Source: Okamejei kenojei (lineage: Eukaryota). Taken from it: a DNA stretch of 64,000 bases. The DNA is taken from contig CM069157.1 in NCBI GenBank assembly GCA_035221665.1, positions 21,824,001 through 21,888,000 on the forward strand, in the 5' to 3' direction. This document shows, piece by piece, positions 59,017 through 64,000 of this stretch (the stretch's first letter is position 1; every line of letters starts with the position of its first letter). Below the pieces are notes generated by a model. It saw only the letters and a program-made list of their open reading frames with translations, had not been told where the DNA came from and did no database searches. The position numbers and the translations under genes are program-made.

Positions 59017-62000
59017 ACTAGATTTTTATCTGTTTTTAAGCACTGAATTCTGGAATGCATGTACCCATGGAGAGTAACTGACCTAGGAGTATAGTGAACT
59101 CCTCTTCTGGGTTGATTTAGGGACAGGGAAGAGAGGGTCAATGATCACACTGGTCAAACAAAATCTATGTTGATAATTACATTGACAGGAAATCTTGGTG
59201 CTTTAAAATAATTACAGTCTAAAGGATTTTTTTTTTGTTGAGATGGACAAGTGATGTAAATCTGTTTTTACCCCAAGCATTCACACTCTACTTCATTGTG
59301 TAAACAGATGTTTTAATTTTAAAAACAATGAGTGATAAATTCATTTTTAAGGAGAGCAGAAAAAGGAGTGAAGATAGGATGGATATGGAGTGTGGGGAAA
59401 GCCAAGAAGTATTTAAATGACTATTTTAGAATGTTACAGTGGAACTTGAAGGACATATTTTGATTGAATCTCTTATAGCGAGACAGTATTTCGGCCATTT
59501 AAATGTTAACATCTATGATTGAAACCACTGTTTAGTCTCTAGATTGCTGTTAACCACGAAACTACTTTTATTTTGGAAAAAAGAATTAACATTGAATTGC
59601 ATCTACTAACCCCTTGTTAAAATGTCCTGTGCTCACATTTTATTTAGAGGAGATGTGTGTGCTGTAAGTTTAGATGTAGATGTGCACCTGAGTATAAATT
59701 TGTATATTTTGAAGGTAATGGGGCAGCTAAAAGGATGTTGTTATAAGTTTAGGTTCTTGCTGACATGTTTTTGTACATACATTTTAATTACATTTATATC
59801 TTGACTGTGTATAAAATAAGTGCTTATGTGAAGCCTGATCAGACTTTACATACTGCAGAGTAATTACATTTGTAGAAAAACCCACTGTACTCCCTGTTAC
59901 ATAATACAGTTTGCATTGTAGTAAACAGGTGTTTGTGTGAAAGTACCTTTTACCTCTTCATTAAGTGAGAAACACACTGTTCCCCACTGACATAAATAAT
60001 GGGAAACGTGAAAATAGTAAATACACTAGATACTGTTCTGAGTTTGGTTTCCACAAGAACCTTTTATACACGGAAGTTGCTGCGATTTAGACACATGGGT
60101 TGTTTTGTTGTTGTTAAGGGAAGAACTCGGTTGTAATGCACTTTCTTTCTGCTTCATTCTATATAAAGGTGCACGTTTTACACACAGCTCACCAGCTCAG
60201 ACATTGAGCAGGTAGTAGTGCTTGCTGCTGGACTAAAGCTGTAATTAGATGATTCCCAAAAGTGATGGAGAGGAGCATTAATCTTCTTTCTACAGTTTTC
60301 TTTCTCAATAGTTGTGGCTTCTTCTCTACTACGTGTATTCTGCTACGGTCTCATAATTGAGCCACATTCAAAGGACCTTCAGTTGGAGAGTCAATGCTGT
60401 AGTGAGAAGCCCCACCTGTGTTTTTAAAGTCCTTTGAATACAGCTCAATGATGGGAACATTTAAATTAATTGAATTTGTTCTTTTTGAACTGGAAAGCAA
60501 TCACCAATCAAATGTGCCCCCTTTCGCTCCTGGACAGAGTGTTGGCAAACATAATTTTAATAGTTTATTTGAGAAATCAAACAGATGGTTACTTTGCAAG
60601 CATTTTTGCAGATTAGGCATAGTCAATGAAGCTTAGTTCAATTCCTCAATTAATTGAATCATAATGGGAAGATTTAACACATTGGCACCCTCAGCATGTG
60701 CCAGCAGCTCAGATCCAAAAATTCTGCAAAGACTTTTCATCCTTAATCAATAAAGGGAAAATATTCCCACACTGCTTAGCTTTGCCTCTGGATTTATCAA
60801 CGTTTAGTAGTGCATTTTCATTGTTGTTCACTGAAATTTCCATATGTTTTGAACTAGTGTCAACATTGACACGTACCAAGTTCAGATCAAGCAAAGGTTA
60901 AGATGCAGGTTGAAACTCCATCAACCCAACAGTGTGCCTTAACCAGTGTCTGGAAGAGCATCCCTTTTGCACAATGTAAATATTCCATTTTGATTCATTA
61001 AGTGACAGCATTTGTGCTGAATTCGGAGCAATATTTTGCTGTTGAAATACACTGGTTGTGACTACCTGAATTTTAATACTTTTTGGGCCGTTTCAACCAA
61101 TAGATAAAGTGTTCATACTGTCACCTTGGGTCAAAACCAGATCACAGAGGAAAGGATTGTATCTAGTCTGTTGTATCACCTCAACCAACTGCCAGTGCTT
61201 TCCCCAAAAATAGCATTACGTCCTTGCATGTTCACAGATCATGTAAATCAGAGGGCAAGTAACTAAGCATGCATTTTCTAAGTTTTTTGTTTGATTCAAA
61301 TGAATGGGATGAAGTCAATAAGGTTGGCGGAGGGTTGGAAAGCACTTAGCTAAGTTTGCAGAGTTGATATGTCTTGCAAATCTATCAGCAGCAATTGTGT
61401 GAGATCACTGGAAATAAGTGACTTCATAAAATAATCAGGTTTTAAATAAAACTGAAGCAAAACTCAAATTGCTGGAGGAACTCAGTGGCTCAAGCAACAT
61501 CAATAGAGGTAAAGAGATGGTTGAGTTTTTGGATCGAGACCTTGCATCAGTTCTAATGCAGCGAGTTGACATGAAGCATCAAGATTGTTGAACATCAACA
61601 AATATCTCTGTTGCCACAGATGCTGCATGACCTGCTAAGTTCCTCCAGCACTTTGTTTTTTGCTCCAGAATGTGGCATCTGCAGACTCTTGTGTCTTCAT
61701 TTAAATAAACTGAACGTGCTGCAAGATGCAAATGTTTGTTCCAAACAGAACACACGATGCCTTTCAATGGGCTAACATAACTGTTATTTTATACTACATT
61801 TTTTCATATTTCAATTGAAATATCACAGTGATGCAAGTACATTGAAAAATTATTGTCAACTTTTTTTGATGGGGGTGGGATGGGGAAGTTTTCAAGCAGA
61901 TTAAAATTCATGGAACAATCAGGAATAGTTCCAGAATGGAAAATATTCTGAAATCTCAGTTGAAACCTGTATCCTTTCTGCCGGGAACACTAGGCTGCAG

Positions 62001-62364
62001 GACATTTTCTTTTGCGCAGTAATATCCTTTTAAAACTTTTTTTGATAGTTGACTGACTTTATGATCATGTTGTGGATCATACCTTTGTTTGTAACACTTC
62101 TATTCGTAAACCTGGTATAAAGTGCAAGGCAATGTACCAAACAACTATGTCCCTTTAATAAAATATTTATCAGTAAGAACTATGAAATTCAGCTGCTGTC
62201 ATTAATGAGCCTTTTTAAAGTTTTTAGTCAAACCTTAACTCAACATGGTAAATGAACAAAAGTAAGTGAATATTTATGTTATCTGAATAAAAACTTTTTT
62301 TTTTTAAACTACAGCTTGTATTTGTTCCTGCTTAGATGTATTTTTGACTGTAGTATGTTAAATT

Positions 62365-62370
62365 ATTAAA
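62365..62370 (+). terminator. Candidate polyadenylation signal ending the ZMYM4 3' UTR
   Basis: ATTAAA after a U/UGUA-rich stretch; AATAAA also near 62157 and 62286; a repeat-poor UTR-like region runs from 59017. Confidence 0.35.
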
Positions 62371-62407
62371 GAAAGATTTCCATTACAATTACATATGAGT
62401 AGTGAAG

Positions 62408-62715
62408 GCCAGCACAGTGGACAGCTGGTAGTAGAATTGCTGCCTCACAGCACCGGACATCGGGATTCAGTCCTGATCTCAAGTGCTGTCTGTGTGGAGT
62501 TTGCACGTTCTCTTGTGACTGCGTGGGTTTCATCTCTAAAGATATGTGTTTTAGTCAGTTAATTGACCCCTGTAAATTGCCTCTGATGTGCAGGTGCGTA
62601 GTAAAATTTGATGGGAATTAGAATATAAATAAGATTAATTTGCATTAGTGTAAACGGATGATTGGTGATCAGTTCTGTTAAAGGGCCAGTTTCTATGCTG
62701 TATCTTTTTCATGAC
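62408..62715 (+). mobile_element. Degraded tRNA-derived SINE
   Basis: GGAGTTTGCACGTTCTC...GTGACTGCGTGGGTTT core. Confidence 0.7.
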
Positions 62716-63336
62716 TAACTTTTTAAAATCCATTTCAGACAGTGTTTTAATTATAGAATTGGTCTTGTACAGGTTATAAGCATATGTGAATATATTACCT
62801 TCCTCTGGTGAGATTTTCTTTTTCAGGAGGTTGGTTCAGCAAATAGTGTTGTTGACCCAGAGCATCAATTACCATGGTCATTCCTAACCACTGCTGATTG
62901 TGTGGCGTTTACATGCGTGTTCTTCAACTCCACCTCCAGGGTATCTGGTTTCCTCCCACATCTGAACGACTTGTAGGTTAAATGGCCAATAATTTGCCCA
63001 TTGCATAAAGATCGGTGAGAGTAATAAGGGGGATGTTGAGAGAATAGTTTCCAGGGAAAATTAGTGGGAAATGAGATTGCTCTGTGAGCCTGCGCAGACT
63101 CTGGACTAAGGTGCCTTGTCTTCTGTGAACTGAAGTGTTGAACTCTCAGTCATGAATGCTGTAGAATTGGTTGATGGTAACAACGTATGGGCAGATATTT
63201 TCAGTTTATAATTGTATGGTACTTTATTTGTCACGTACCGAGGTACAGTGAAAGCAGTTCAGTACAAGTATCACTATACATAAGCATTTAGATACGTATT
63301 AGATAAGCATCTCAGATACAAGTGTATAGTGGTAGT

Positions 63337-64000
63337 CAGGGACGTGGGGTCAGGGGAGGCAGAGCCTCACCTGTCATACTCCCAATGAAAATAGCTGTTA
63401 AGAAAGGTAAGGAAAAATAATAATAAAATAAATATAAAGATTTTTCCACTGATCTGTTATAAATGTGATTTCTATATGAATCGAATAATTTTTTTATAGT
63501 AAAATTTGCCAAAATTGCACTGTTCCGCTGCAAATACAGGGAGAGGTGAGGCAGCGACGAGCTGAGCCTCCCCTCTGATTGCGCAACCCCTCAGAAACTG
63601 CATGGAGCACGGGCAATAAGCGTGTGCCTACTATCTCGATGTATGTCACCAATGCAATGATTGTAAACCCTTTCATTACATGTCCTCACCTTCCATAGTC
63701 CAGGAAACTTATTTCACATATAAATATATTACATTTGTGCTCGCTGGTCTCACATAAAACTGCAATTAAATAACACCAGGGGAGGCAGCGATCACATCTG
63801 CCTCACAAGGGGGCGTGTCTTGAGCCCAGTAGAGGAAGAGCGAGTGTCAATTACGTAGGCTCAGCCCACGTAATTGACGTTGCCTCACTCTCCCTCCACG
63901 TTAGCTAGCTTCAGCAGCGGCGGCGCAGCACTGACCAAAGATGGAGCAAGACACGCCACTTGGCGAAAAAAACATCATTGGGAAGGTAGACTTTGTCAGT
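63337..64000 (+). mobile_element. Probable 5' end of a hAT-like DNA transposon (runs off the window)
   Basis: Starts CAGGGACGTGGGGTCAGGGGAGGCAGAGCCTCACCTG, with subterminal GAGGCA/GCCTC repeats, a CpG-rich region and an ATG frame at 63941 open to the window end. Confidence 0.4.

Noticed and set aside
59017-63300. Last exon of a convergent neighbour (KIAA0319L in mammals)
   Set aside because: No matching coding sequence was recognised on the - strand.

Overview
Vertebrate nuclear DNA, most likely a cartilaginous fish (skate/ray), inferred from HE1/V-SINE-like, CR1 and Penelope repeat families. No prokaryotic features, CRISPR arrays or RNA genes were seen. Most of the window (10456-59016, + strand) is a ZMYM4 ortholog: 26 GT-AG coding exons that I spliced by hand into one open frame (4847 nt, about 1614 aa plus stop). 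Its first exon(s) are not in the window. The first 7.8 kb hold a nested endogenous retrovirus. A + strand ERV (env 3' end, PPT, 3' LTR) is interrupted by a complete - strand defective LTR element (953-6980: two LTRs, tRNA-Ser PBS, PPT, TTAC target-site duplication). In the inner element most of env is replaced by intronless host sequence. A THBS2-like thrombospondin C-terminal fragment is joined in frame to the env transmembrane tail. Two ZNF276 fragments lie in permuted order between TGACCAAG direct repeats; removing them puts an env-leader hydrophobic segment in frame with the thrombospondin. Other points of note: a candidate extra 45-nt ZMYM4 cassette exon, Penelope-derived hammerhead-ribozyme-like motifs in introns, several MITEs, and a probable hAT element at the right edge. 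Homology calls come from recalled vertebrate sequences, not from database searches.
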